A stretch of DNA of 64,000 nt. Source: Thermoplasmatota archaeon (GTDB taxonomy: Archaea; Thermoplasmatota; Penumbrarchaeia; Penumbrarchaeales; Penumbrarchaeaceae). Below the pieces are notes generated by a model, which was not told the DNA's origin, searched no databases, and saw only the letters and a list, made by a program, of their open reading frames with translations. This document shows positions 48,895-58,058 of the stretch, piece after piece. The stretch is from the NCBI GenBank assembly GCA_046483845.1, contig JAWOCK010000027.1, positions 11,738 through 75,737 of the forward strand, read 5' to 3'. The translations under genes and the position numbers were made by a program. Each line of letters starts with the position of its first letter. Positions within the stretch are counted from its first letter, which is position 1.

Positions 48895-49139
48895 TCCCAA
48901 CAACTCTGGGCTGGGGATATTATCAGATGCAAGTGAATGATATCACATTCTCATCGGAAGGAGATTCAAGGATCATGTCCGTGGGAACCGACGTAGACCT
49001 TGTCAATTGTCAGTTCAGGAATTTCCTTTCTGCATGTTCCATCACCCAACAGATGGGTGAATTTGGTGTAAGGAACCCAAGGGTATTAATATATGGCAAA
49101 TAAATATTATTCAATTGACCATTCGCGGAGTTTTTTAAA

Positions 49140-50618
49140 ATGAGAATTCTAATGGTATATCCGAGCTACCCGGATACTTTCTGGAGTTTCAAGTACGCAA
49201 TGAAGTTCATCCACAGGAAAGCCTCCTTTCCACCACTGGGGCTGCTCACGGTCGCTTCGATTATGCCCGATAAATACGAACTTAGACTTGTGGATATGAA
49301 CATAAAGAAACTGAAGGACGAAGACATTGAATGGTCCGACATGGTCTTCATAAGCGCCATGGAGGTCCAGAAAGAGAGCGTCAAGGAGGTGGTATCAAGG
49401 TGCAGGACCATGGGGAAGAAGATAGTTGCCGGGGGCCCGCTGTTTACCACACAGCCAGAAGAGATCCAGGGCATCGACCATCTGGTTCTCGATGAGGCCG
49501 AGACAACACTTCCTGCTTTTCTGAACGACATGGACTCCAACGATCTGAAAAGGATATATTCATCCAAGCAGAGGCCTGATGTCAAAAAAGTCCCGGTACC
49601 TTCCTGGGACCTGATGGACCATGATGACTATGCAACCATGCTGGTACAGTACTCCAGGGGATGCCCGTACAACTGCGAGTTCTGCGACATACCGTTCTTG
49701 AACGGCAGGGTCCCGAGGACCAAAGAGCCGAAGCAGATGATACGGGAACTGCAGAGCCTCTATGACATGGGCTGGAGAAAATCTGTCTTCTTCGTCGATG
49801 ACAATTTCATCGGGAACAGGAAAGAGGTAAAGAGAATGCTTCCTGAACTCATCAAGTGGCAGAAGGAACATGGATATCCCTTCACGTTCCTAACCGAGGC
49901 CAGCATGGACCTTTCAGATGACGACGAGCTAATGGAGCTGATGGTCGAAGCAAATTTCAATAAGGTATTTTTGGGAATAGAGACCCCCGACCCGGAAGGT
50001 CTGAAGGAATGTAAGAAGTTCCAGAACATAAAGAGGGATATGGTGGAGTCGGTGAGGACCATACAAGAAAAGGGAATGGAGGTAATGGGCGGTTTCATAC
50101 TCGGCTTCGATAGCGACACCAACAGTATCTTTCAGAGTCAGATCGATTTCATACAGAACAGCGGTATAGTAACCGCCATGGTGGGGCTGCTAAACGCGAT
50201 CCCCGAGACACCTCTCTGGGAGCGGCTTTCCCGGGAAGGTCGGATCAGAGGTGAATCCTCCGGCTCCAATACGGACGGCACCATCAATTTCGTAACAAAG
50301 ATGGACCGGAACGAACTACTGAAGGGATACAAGGAGGTTATATCCACAATATATTCCCCCAAGGAATACTACCGCAGGATAGACACATTCCTGAAGAATT
50401 ACAGGCCAAAGGGCAAACAGAGAATAAACTTGGAGGATGTAAGAGCCTTCCTCAGGAGTTTGTGGAGGATAGGTGTCTTTTCGAGGACGAGCCCCCATTA
50501 TTGGAAGCTCATAATAAAGACCCTGGCCTTTAGGCGGAGGTCCTTTCCAAAGGCCATGGAACTCGTTATCATCGGGCACCATTTCCAGAAGGTGGCAAGG
50601 ATGGTCAGCAGGCCATGA
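49140..50618 (+). CDS. B12-binding-domain radical SAM protein with C-terminal DUF4070-like region
   Basis: N-terminal cobalamin-binding Rossmann-like domain (MRILMVYPSYP..GLLTVASIM). CPYNCEFCD (CxxxCxxC). TATA-like AATAAATATTAT ~35 bp upstream. Confidence 0.8.
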   Translation: MRILMVYPSYPDTFWSFKYAMKFIHRKASFPPLGLLTVASIMPDKYELRLVDMNIKKLKDEDIEWSDMVFISAMEVQKESVKEVVSRCRTMGKKIVAGGPLFTTQPEEIQGIDHLVLDEAETTLPAFLNDMDSNDLKRIYSSKQRPDVKKVPVPSWDLMDHDDYATMLVQYSRGCPYNCEFCDIPFLNGRVPRTKEPKQMIRELQSLYDMGWRKSVFFVDDNFIGNRKEVKRMLPELIKWQKEHGYPFTFLTEASMDLSDDDELMELMVEANFNKVFLGIETPDPEGLKECKKFQNIKRDMVESVRTIQEKGMEVMGGFILGFDSDTNSIFQSQIDFIQNSGIVTAMVGLLNAIPETPLWERLSREGRIRGESSGSNTDGTINFVTKMDRNELLKGYKEVISTIYSPKEYYRRIDTFLKNYRPKGKQRINLEDVRAFLRSLWRIGVFSRTSPHYWKLIIKTLAFRRRSFPKAMELVIIGHHFQKVARMVSRP

Positions 50619-50624
50619 TGCCAC

Positions 50625-51149
50625 TCACCGGTCCATCGCCTTGAGCTCCGCGAGCTTTCTCTCCAGTATTGATATTACCATCTTTCTATAGGACCTCTGG
50701 TCCGGATATTCGTAGGACCACTTCTTCCAGTAGGGTCTCCTGTGGCCGACCTTGAACTTGGAACCGTACATTACCGTCTCGTAGCTGTCCTTGTCCACCT
50801 TCCTTGCTCTCTGGTCCGCGATTATATACCAGTGGTACCTAGAACCCTCGCCCGCACCGGAATCGGATGGCGCCGGGTCGTGCCTTCTCTTTCGGGCACT
50901 GAACTCGAAGCTCCACAGGTCGGGGGCCTCCTTTTTCTCCTTCCATACCGAATCACGGTAATCCCAGAGATGGGAGCCACCTACAGGCATCCCTGAATAT
51001 TTTCTGCCTTTGTATTCCTTCAGATCGTCATAGGACATATCATCAACCCTGTTATACGGCTTCACTCCTCCTGGGAGCGGTTCGATATCATAACATACAG
51101 AGTTCATGCCTCTTTGCACAGGGGGTGAGCGAAAGAAAGTGCTGATCAA
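50625..51149 (-). CDS. Hypothetical basic protein, translationally coupled downstream of fbp (start codon uncertain: TTG at 51149 or an internal ATG)
   Basis: No recognizable domain; W/Y/K/R-rich. Confidence 0.35.
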   Translation of the reverse strand: MISTFFRSPPVQRGMNSVCYDIEPLPGGVKPYNRVDDMSYDDLKEYKGRKYSGMPVGGSHLWDYRDSVWKEKKEAPDLWSFEFSARKRRHDPAPSDSGAGEGSRYHWYIIADQRARKVDKDSYETVMYGSKFKVGHRRPYWKKWSYEYPDQRSYRKMVISILERKLAELKAMDR

Positions 51150-52027
51150 TCCATTTCCTCAATCATCTCGATCTCCTTCTTTCCGCCTATGTAGATCGGT
51201 ACCCTGATATCGAGCCTGTGAGGGACGATCTCCAGTATGTCCTCTTCTCCATTTGAGACCCTGCCGCCTGCCTGCTGGACCAGATATCCCATAGGCACCG
51301 CCTCGAAGAGAAGTCTAAGTTTCCCCTCTGGCTTATCTTCAAGGGCAGGATAGGTGAAAACGCCTCCCTTGTGCAGTATCTGGTGAGCGTCAGCGGCGAA
51401 ACATCCGGAGTACCTGAGCTTGTAACCGTTCCCTTCGAGCTCCCGGATGTACCTTCTGTGCTTCTCGGTCCAGTCACCTCTCTTTCCACCGGGAGAGTAT
51501 ATCTTGCCCTCGGGTATTTCCATATTCTCTTCCAAAAGGAGGTATTCCTCTGTCTTGCCGAGTATGAAGGAGTGCACACCCTCACCGACAGTGTAGACAA
51601 GATAGTTCATGGGTCCGTAGAGGACATACATGGCGCAGGCAAGGTCCGTTCCTTTTCTGTATGGATCCTTGCCTTTGTGGATGCCTATGATGGTTCCCAC
51701 CGTAAGGTCGATATCCAGGAGAGATGAGCCATCCAGAGGATCCATCATTACTGAATATCTCCCGTTCGGGTCCGCCTCTATCAGATCCGGTCTTTCTTCT
51801 GATGAGATCGATGCTACGGAATCTATCTCCTTCAGATTGTCCACCAGTAGCTCATCTGCCCATTTATCCATCTCGGCCTGTTCCTCGCCGTAGACGTTCT
51901 CTGAACCTGCCTTGCCTCTTTTGGTGGGAAAACCCGTTCTTATTATCTTGGATTTCTCCGCTATGTCCATTATTATTTTCTTTAGGCCTGGCTCCACTTC
52001 CTTGATATGTTCTTCCAGTGTGATCAT
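51146..52027 (-). CDS. fbp: Fructose-1,6-bisphosphatase class 1
   Basis: ENVYGEEQAEMD, YSVMMDPLDGSSLLDIDLTVGTIIGI (DPLDGSSN metal-binding motif), GKLRLLFEAVPMGYLVQQAGG. Confidence 0.88.
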   Translation of the reverse strand: MITLEEHIKEVEPGLKKIIMDIAEKSKIIRTGFPTKRGKAGSENVYGEEQAEMDKWADELLVDNLKEIDSVASISSEERPDLIEADPNGRYSVMMDPLDGSSLLDIDLTVGTIIGIHKGKDPYRKGTDLACAMYVLYGPMNYLVYTVGEGVHSFILGKTEEYLLLEENMEIPEGKIYSPGGKRGDWTEKHRRYIRELEGNGYKLRYSGCFAADAHQILHKGGVFTYPALEDKPEGKLRLLFEAVPMGYLVQQAGGRVSNGEEDILEIVPHRLDIRVPIYIGGKKEIEMIEEMD

Positions 52028-52136
52028 CTTACCACTTTCTTGAAACGGTTCAGGCGGCCTTGATGCAGGTCACCGGACCCCTTTATTGATATCTTTGATT
52101 GATGTGTTATATTATTTTTCATCCGTCTCGGGAATA

Positions 52137-52352
52137 TCAGTCGAGGGTAATGACATCCACCGGACATACCTGGGCCGCTTTCTCAGCACAATCCTGCACC
52201 TCCGCCGGTATGTTCGCACTGGTGGGATTTCCTTGAGCGAACTGCTCGGTTATTGCCGCTTTGCCGTCGACATCCATCTTGAACACATCCGGACACGTTT
52301 CGGCACAGCTCCCGCATGATATGCATCCGTTCTTATCTATCGTTACCTTCAT
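52137..52352 (-). CDS. fdx: Ferredoxin (single-cluster CxxCxxC...CP type)
   Basis: MKVTIDKNGCISCGSCAETCPDVF...CPVDVITLD. Confidence 0.7.
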   Translation of the reverse strand: MKVTIDKNGCISCGSCAETCPDVFKMDVDGKAAITEQFAQGNPTSANIPAEVQDCAEKAAQVCPVDVITLD

Positions 52353-52477
52353 TTCTATCTCCAATATTACCTTGTTCCGGGAGTATATAAAACTGCTCCC
52401 CGAGGTTCAATAGCATACTGATAGGAATAGAAACCTTTATCAATGTTTCAAAACCAGACATCAACATAGGTGACATC

Positions 52478-52840
52478 ATGGACCCTCTAAAGGATAGGAT
52501 ACTTGCGACAAAAGATGAGGTAGAGAAACAATATGAAGATATCAAGGATAAAGCACTGGGGGATAAGGCCTCCGAGAAAACCAGCAGATCCCTGGAAAGG
52601 ATCGAGGAGTCTTTGGGTGTTCTCAAGGACAAGATCGAGGAAGGAAGATTGGACATATCCACAACAATGAAGGTCAGGTCGGATAGGTTCATGGAGGACT
52701 TGGAGGAGCTCAGAGAGACCATTGAGGAACAAAAAGAGGACATCAAGGAGAACGGTCTCAAGGATAAGTCAGAAAATGTGATTGAAAATGTGAAGAACAG
52801 GTACAATGAGATCGTGGAAAGATATCTGAAGGTCCGTTAA
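52478..52840 (+). CDS. Hypothetical coiled-coil protein (paralog of 54024..54422)
   Basis: Charged helical protein. Shares architecture ERIEESLGVLKDKIEEG...LEELRETIEEQKEDIKENGLKDK with its paralog (DRIEETLNELRSTIREG...LDQLEKMVRDQKMDLERNGLRGR). Confidence 0.4.
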   Translation: MDPLKDRILATKDEVEKQYEDIKDKALGDKASEKTSRSLERIEESLGVLKDKIEEGRLDISTTMKVRSDRFMEDLEELRETIEEQKEDIKENGLKDKSENVIENVKNRYNEIVERYLKVR

Positions 52841-52938
52841 TGAAATCTTGAATACGATCCCGACGGGAACTTTAGGAAACCCAAGGATATCTATCATCAC
52901 TTTCAACTGGTCATGGAGCTTGATGTTCCAGATTAATA

Positions 52939-53457
52939 TCAGGTCCTATCCTTCAACATCGAGATCGTTGCATCTATGAATGCGGGTATATCCGATGGGT
53001 GCCTGCTGCTGATCAGGTTCACGTCGACCACGACCTCCTGGTCCTTGAGGTCCGCACCGGCGTTCTTTATGTCCTGGTGAATGGACCTCCATCCCGTCAC
53101 TTCTCTATCCCTGAGAACATCTGCGGTTATCAGCAGCTGGGCCCCATGGCATATTAAGAAAACCGGTTTTCCGCTCTTTACGAATTCCTCAACGAACTTC
53201 ACTGGTCCTTCATGGGCCCGTAGTTTGTCCGGCGAATAACCACCCGGAATGAAGAGTGCGTCGAAATCATCGGGGGAGGCCTCCTCCACGCTCTCTTCCA
53301 CCTTGGTCTCGGAGTTCCCTCTCTTTCCCTTTAGGGATCTTCCTTTCTCCAGTCCGATGTTGGTCACTCGGTGTCCGGCATTCCTGTAGGCATCGACCGG
53401 GTCCTCGTATTCAACATCTTCGTACATGTCATCGATGATGACCGCAATGTTCGACAT
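52939..53457 (-). CDS. pfpI: DJ-1/PfpI family protein (intracellular protease/deglycase)
   Basis: FDALFIPGGYSP, nucleophile elbow ICHGAQLL, VVVDVNLISSRHPSDIPAF; high similarity to Pyrococcus PfpI. GGAGGG RBS upstream of ATG at 53457. Confidence 0.8.
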   Translation of the reverse strand: MSNIAVIIDDMYEDVEYEDPVDAYRNAGHRVTNIGLEKGRSLKGKRGNSETKVEESVEEASPDDFDALFIPGGYSPDKLRAHEGPVKFVEEFVKSGKPVFLICHGAQLLITADVLRDREVTGWRSIHQDIKNAGADLKDQEVVVDVNLISSRHPSDIPAFIDATISMLKDRT

Positions 53458-54023
53458 CCTTGTTCCCTCCGAAGGGGCCCACAAGACCTCATTTTCTCCT
53501 GTGGTTTTTCAGCTGTAGTAGAACCTTCAACTCCGCCTAGAAATAGATTTCGGTAGATGGGTTCTTCTTCTGCAACTTCTTTCAAGAACAACCCGTCCAA
53601 ACGCAGAATGGAGGAACACTAACTTTCAGGGAAAAATGTCTGGTCATATCACAAGGGCCCTCTTTACAAAAAGCTATGATCTAAATATCATATTGGAAAA
53701 TACAGGATATAGATGTATTGTTCCAAGGATTCCCCGAGATATCCCATCTCCAGATAATTATAAATAGCCGTCAGTTCAGGATTATTAACAAGCAACGGAC
53801 CATGCTCAACAATGGAGGAGGCCGAACTCTCTACAATCCCCACTATCTTAGAACATGACCCCCTCCTCCCCCGCAGGGAGCAGTCCCTTTTACACACCAT
53901 GCTCCCTGCATTCTTCCTTCACAATATCTCCCCATCACGATCATCTGTATAGGTTGTGATAAGAACCATGTACATGAGAATGACGATGCCCGGGAAAAAA
54001 ATGTACAGCTCTGCGAAAACTTT

Positions 54024-54422
54024 ATGAGCTCGCTGATCAAGGTTCTATCATCAGGTGATGAGATGGAAGCCATGAGGGACAACGTTCTTGGGACCAGACA
54101 CACGATAAACTACGAATACGACCGGGCAAGGGGAGCCAACTTCGGAGAAAGGGCACCGGACCTTACCGATGAATCCCTGGACCGGATCGAGGAGACACTC
54201 AATGAACTGAGGTCCACCATCCGGGAAGGAGCCTTCTTCATAACCCTGGATAACAGGTTCAGGATCAGGAAGTTCAGCGAGGAGCTGGACCAACTGGAGA
54301 AGATGGTAAGGGACCAGAAGATGGACCTGGAGAGGAACGGTCTCCGGGGAAGGTACGAGGACATATTGTGCGATGTGAGGAACATCTACAATTCCATGGT
54401 GGACAGTCTGATGGAGAAGTGA
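54024..54422 (+). CDS. Hypothetical coiled-coil protein (paralog of 52478..52840)
   Basis: See paralog. Confidence 0.4.
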   Translation: MSSLIKVLSSGDEMEAMRDNVLGTRHTINYEYDRARGANFGERAPDLTDESLDRIEETLNELRSTIREGAFFITLDNRFRIRKFSEELDQLEKMVRDQKMDLERNGLRGRYEDILCDVRNIYNSMVDSLMEK

Positions 54423-54715
54423 TGACGATGGCGACCTACATAATACTCAGCAGGATCCTTCCCTGCGCACTGGATGAGCCCTCCAATATCAAGTCCATGG
54501 CAAAGAAGGTGAACTCATTGATAAAGAAGGAATGTCCGGGTATAACATGGAAGGAGAGCTACGCAGTCAAGGGAAGCTGGGACATAGTTGACATAATCGA
54601 GACCGAGAACGAAGGAGAGGTGGACCGGGCTGCTTTGATCATCCGGTCCGTCGGCAGCGCCCAGACCGAGACCATGACAACCACCCCCTGGCACGAATTC
54701 CTGGAGCGGTTGTGA
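54422..54715 (+). CDS. GYD domain protein
   Basis: MTMATYIILSRI...YAVKGSWDIVDIIETENE matches the GYD family (~98 aa). TGATG overlap with the upstream gene. Confidence 0.55.
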   Translation: MTMATYIILSRILPCALDEPSNIKSMAKKVNSLIKKECPGITWKESYAVKGSWDIVDIIETENEGEVDRAALIIRSVGSAQTETMTTTPWHEFLERL

Positions 54716-54716
54716 A

Positions 54717-55493
54717 ATGCCGGAGCTCCCCGATGTGGAGGTCTTCAAGAGATACATCGATTCAACCTCCCTTCACAAGGAGCTGATAGGTGTCGACGTG
54801 GAGGATGACAGGGTGCTCGACGAGAGCACCACCGTGAAGGACCTTGAGAAATTGAAGGGGTCCGAGTTCATGGAGACAAAGAGAATAGGAAAACACTGTC
54901 TCATCAAAACCGGAAAGAGATGGCTCGCACTCCATTTCGGTATGACCGGCCTGGTGGAGTACCACAAGAGAGGGGAGCCCGAACATGTGAAGGTGAGGTT
55001 CAGGTTCCCCGACGGATACGAACTGAATTATATTTGTACAAGGGTTCTGGGGAAGCTGACTATCACCGATGACCCTGGGATCTACGCAGAGAACAACGAT
55101 CTTGGGCCCGACATATACGATATGGAAAAAGAAGAGTTCGTGAAAAGACTGTCCTCCAAGAGAGGGCAGATCAAATCCGCTCTTATGGACCAGTCCCTGA
55201 TGTCAGGTCTTGGCAACATATACACCGACGAGGTCCTGTTCCATGCCAGCATCCATCCCAAGACCAGGGTATCCGAACTGAACGAGGAGGACCTTGAAGG
55301 TATCCATGATATCGTCCGGGAGGTCATCGAAACCACGGTAAAGGCGGGGGCGGACCCCGGTAAGATGCCTGATGATTACCTCATACCATTGATGGGAAAG
55401 GAGGATAGATGCCCCCTTGACGGAGGGAAGATAGAGAATATCAAGGTCAACGGGCGGACCACCTACTTCTGCAGCATGCATCAATCGTCATGA
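54717..55493 (+). CDS. fpg: Formamidopyrimidine-DNA glycosylase / endonuclease VIII family (Fpg/Nei)
   Basis: N-terminal MPELPDVEV (catalytic Pro2/Glu3), H2TH region LMDQSLMSGLGNIYTDEVLFHASIHP, C-terminal zinc finger CPLDGGKIENIKVNGRTTYFCSMHQ. Confidence 0.75.
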   Translation: MPELPDVEVFKRYIDSTSLHKELIGVDVEDDRVLDESTTVKDLEKLKGSEFMETKRIGKHCLIKTGKRWLALHFGMTGLVEYHKRGEPEHVKVRFRFPDGYELNYICTRVLGKLTITDDPGIYAENNDLGPDIYDMEKEEFVKRLSSKRGQIKSALMDQSLMSGLGNIYTDEVLFHASIHPKTRVSELNEEDLEGIHDIVREVIETTVKAGADPGKMPDDYLIPLMGKEDRCPLDGGKIENIKVNGRTTYFCSMHQSS

Positions 55494-57844
55494 TCGGCGG
55501 TGGACCGGATGACCTGCACCAGGGAATCCGGGTTCACCGATATCGAATCTATTCCAGCATCCACTAAGAAGGAGGCGAAATCAGGATCGTCGCTTGGAGC
55601 CTGCCCGCAGAAAGATACCTTACGGTCCTTCTCATGCGCTCGTTGGATCAACAGCTCTATCATCCTCTTCACAGCAGGATCGTTCTCGTCGAACACATCC
55701 GATAACCTCTCCGAATCCCTGTCGGTGCCCAGTACCAGCTGGGTCAGATCGTTGGAGCCTATGGAAAAGCCGTCGAACCTTTCCGAGAACTCCTCGGCCA
55801 GTATCACGTTGGAAGGTATCTCGGCCATAACGTAGATCTTCATGCCGCCTTCTCGCAGTCCTTTTTCATGAAGCAGCTCAAGTATGCCATCGGCTTCTTT
55901 CAGTGTTCTGCAGAAAGGGATCATCATTATCACGTTCTCGAAACCCATTTCCTCCCTGACCCTTCTGACCGCTTCCATCTCCAGCTCGAATGCGGGGCCG
56001 TATTCCTCGCTGTTGTACCTCACAGCTCCCCTGAAACCGAGCATGGGGTTGTCCTCCTCGAACTCGAAATCATTTCCCCCGAGCAGGTCCGCGTACTCGT
56101 TGGTCTTGAAGTCGCTCATCCTGACGATTACGGGATCGGGATATCTGGAAGAGGCCATCTTGCCTATTCCCATCGCCAGCTTCTCCACGAAATATTCTTT
56201 CCTGTCCTCGTAAGCAGAGGTGAGCCTTTCGATATCCCGTCTATCGTTTCTGTCCTTCACTTTATCGAAGCGGATCAGGGCCATGGGATGCACCTTGATC
56301 ATGTTGTTTATAATAAACTCCATCCTGGCAAGACCGATCCCTTGTGCCGGGACCTTCCACCACCTGTAGGCCGATGAAGGTGATGATAGGTTCATCATGA
56401 TCCGCGCTTTTGTATCGGGAAGGTCCGAGACATCCATCTCCTCCTCCGAATATTCCAGTTTGCCCGAATAAACGAAGCCCTTGTCCCCCTCGGAGCAGGA
56501 GACAGTGACCACCTTTTTGTTCTCCAGCGTGCTGGTCGCATCGCCGCATCCGACGACGGCCGTGATATCGAACTCCCTTGATACGATGGCGGCGTGGGAG
56601 GTCCTCCCCCCATGGTCTGTGACTATCGCCGCTGCCTTTTTCATGATGGGTACCCAGTCCGGATCGGTCATTCCGGTGACAAGGACGTTTCCTTCTTTGA
56701 ACTGCTCGATATCGTCGGCGCTCTCAATTATTTGTACTTTCCCAGAAGATATCTTTTCTCCTATGGCTACCCCTTCCACCAGCCTCTCGGACCTATCCTT
56801 GAGCTCGTAGGTCTTGAAAACGGATGTGATCCTGGATGACTGGACCGTCTCCGGTCTCGCCTGTAGTATGTACAGCTCCCCGGTCCTGCCGTCCTTTCCC
56901 CACTCGATGTCCATGGGCCTGTCGAAGTGGTCCTCGATGGAGCACCCCCACTTCGCCAGCTGTATTATTTCATCATTGTCAAGTACATGGTTCCTCCTCT
57001 CTTTCCGGGAGGTGTCCACCGTCTTCGTCTTCCTGCTCCCCCCTTCCGAATATATCATCTTCTTCTCCTTTGCACCGATCTCCTTCTGCACGATGGGTTT
57101 CTTACCTTCCTTTAGAAGGGGTTTATGGACCATGTACTCGTCCGGATTGACGGAGCCCTGCACAACCGTCTCGCCGAGTCCCCATGCCGCATTTATAACC
57201 ACCACATCGGGGAAGCCTGTCTCCGTATCCAACGTGAACATGACACCCGAGCCCCAGAGATCGCTCCTTACCATCTTCTGGACTCCCACCGATAATGCCA
57301 CTTTCATGTGGTCGAAACCGTTCTCCTCCCTGTAGGATATCGCCCGGTCGGTGAACAGGGAGGCAAAGCATTTCCTCACCGCTTCCATCAGCTCTTCATC
57401 TCCTTTGACGTTCAGGTAGGTTTCCTGCTGTCCGGCAAAGCTCGCCTCGGGAAGGTCCTCGGCGGTTGCACTGCTCCTTACCGCGACATCGATATGGTCC
57501 TCACCGCTTCTCTCCGAGAGCTTTGCATATCTTTCCTTCAGCTCATCTTCAAGGTCCTTGGGAAATGATGATTCCAAAAAGAGGGACCGTATCCTCCTTC
57601 CTGCCCTCGAGAGCTCCTTTCTTCCTTCCCTCTGGTTCTCTATGAGCGAGGAGATCCTCTCCTTCAGATCGTTGTGCTCCAGGAAGTTCCAGTAGGCATG
57701 GGAGGTGGTTGCGAAACCCACGGGTACATTTATTCCAAGTTCCTTGAGGTTCGATATCATCTCGCCCAAGGAGGCGTTCTTTCCACCTACGGACGCGACA
57801 TCCCCGCTGTTCACATCCTCCAACCAGTAAACGAGCTCGGTCAT
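55481..57844 (-). CDS. ppsA: Phosphoenolpyruvate synthase
   Basis: VGGKNASLGEMISNL N-terminal motif, phosphohistidine domain (GGRTSHAAIVSRE), C-terminal PEP-utilizing TIM barrel. Confidence 0.9.
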   Translation of the reverse strand: MTELVYWLEDVNSGDVASVGGKNASLGEMISNLKELGINVPVGFATTSHAYWNFLEHNDLKERISSLIENQREGRKELSRAGRRIRSLFLESSFPKDLEDELKERYAKLSERSGEDHIDVAVRSSATAEDLPEASFAGQQETYLNVKGDEELMEAVRKCFASLFTDRAISYREENGFDHMKVALSVGVQKMVRSDLWGSGVMFTLDTETGFPDVVVINAAWGLGETVVQGSVNPDEYMVHKPLLKEGKKPIVQKEIGAKEKKMIYSEGGSRKTKTVDTSRKERRNHVLDNDEIIQLAKWGCSIEDHFDRPMDIEWGKDGRTGELYILQARPETVQSSRITSVFKTYELKDRSERLVEGVAIGEKISSGKVQIIESADDIEQFKEGNVLVTGMTDPDWVPIMKKAAAIVTDHGGRTSHAAIVSREFDITAVVGCGDATSTLENKKVVTVSCSEGDKGFVYSGKLEYSEEEMDVSDLPDTKARIMMNLSSPSSAYRWWKVPAQGIGLARMEFIINNMIKVHPMALIRFDKVKDRNDRRDIERLTSAYEDRKEYFVEKLAMGIGKMASSRYPDPVIVRMSDFKTNEYADLLGGNDFEFEEDNPMLGFRGAVRYNSEEYGPAFELEMEAVRRVREEMGFENVIMMIPFCRTLKEADGILELLHEKGLREGGMKIYVMAEIPSNVILAEEFSERFDGFSIGSNDLTQLVLGTDRDSERLSDVFDENDPAVKRMIELLIQRAHEKDRKVSFCGQAPSDDPDFASFLVDAGIDSISVNPDSLVQVIRSTADHDD

Positions 57845-58058
57845 GTTATCATCGGAAAGACCTCGTTCTGGAGGATTAAGAAACCTTTGCAGAAAATTAA
57901 AATAACATTGCTTTGACCCGGCATATCCTTTTGAGATCAGAGAGGCGCACGGTCAAGTATGGTTTGATCCGATGTCTGGCACACCAACCAGATGAAGATA
58001 TTTTCCGTCTTGATAGCCTGATGGTATGCAAGGTTCGGGACCGGAACTTGATATCGTA

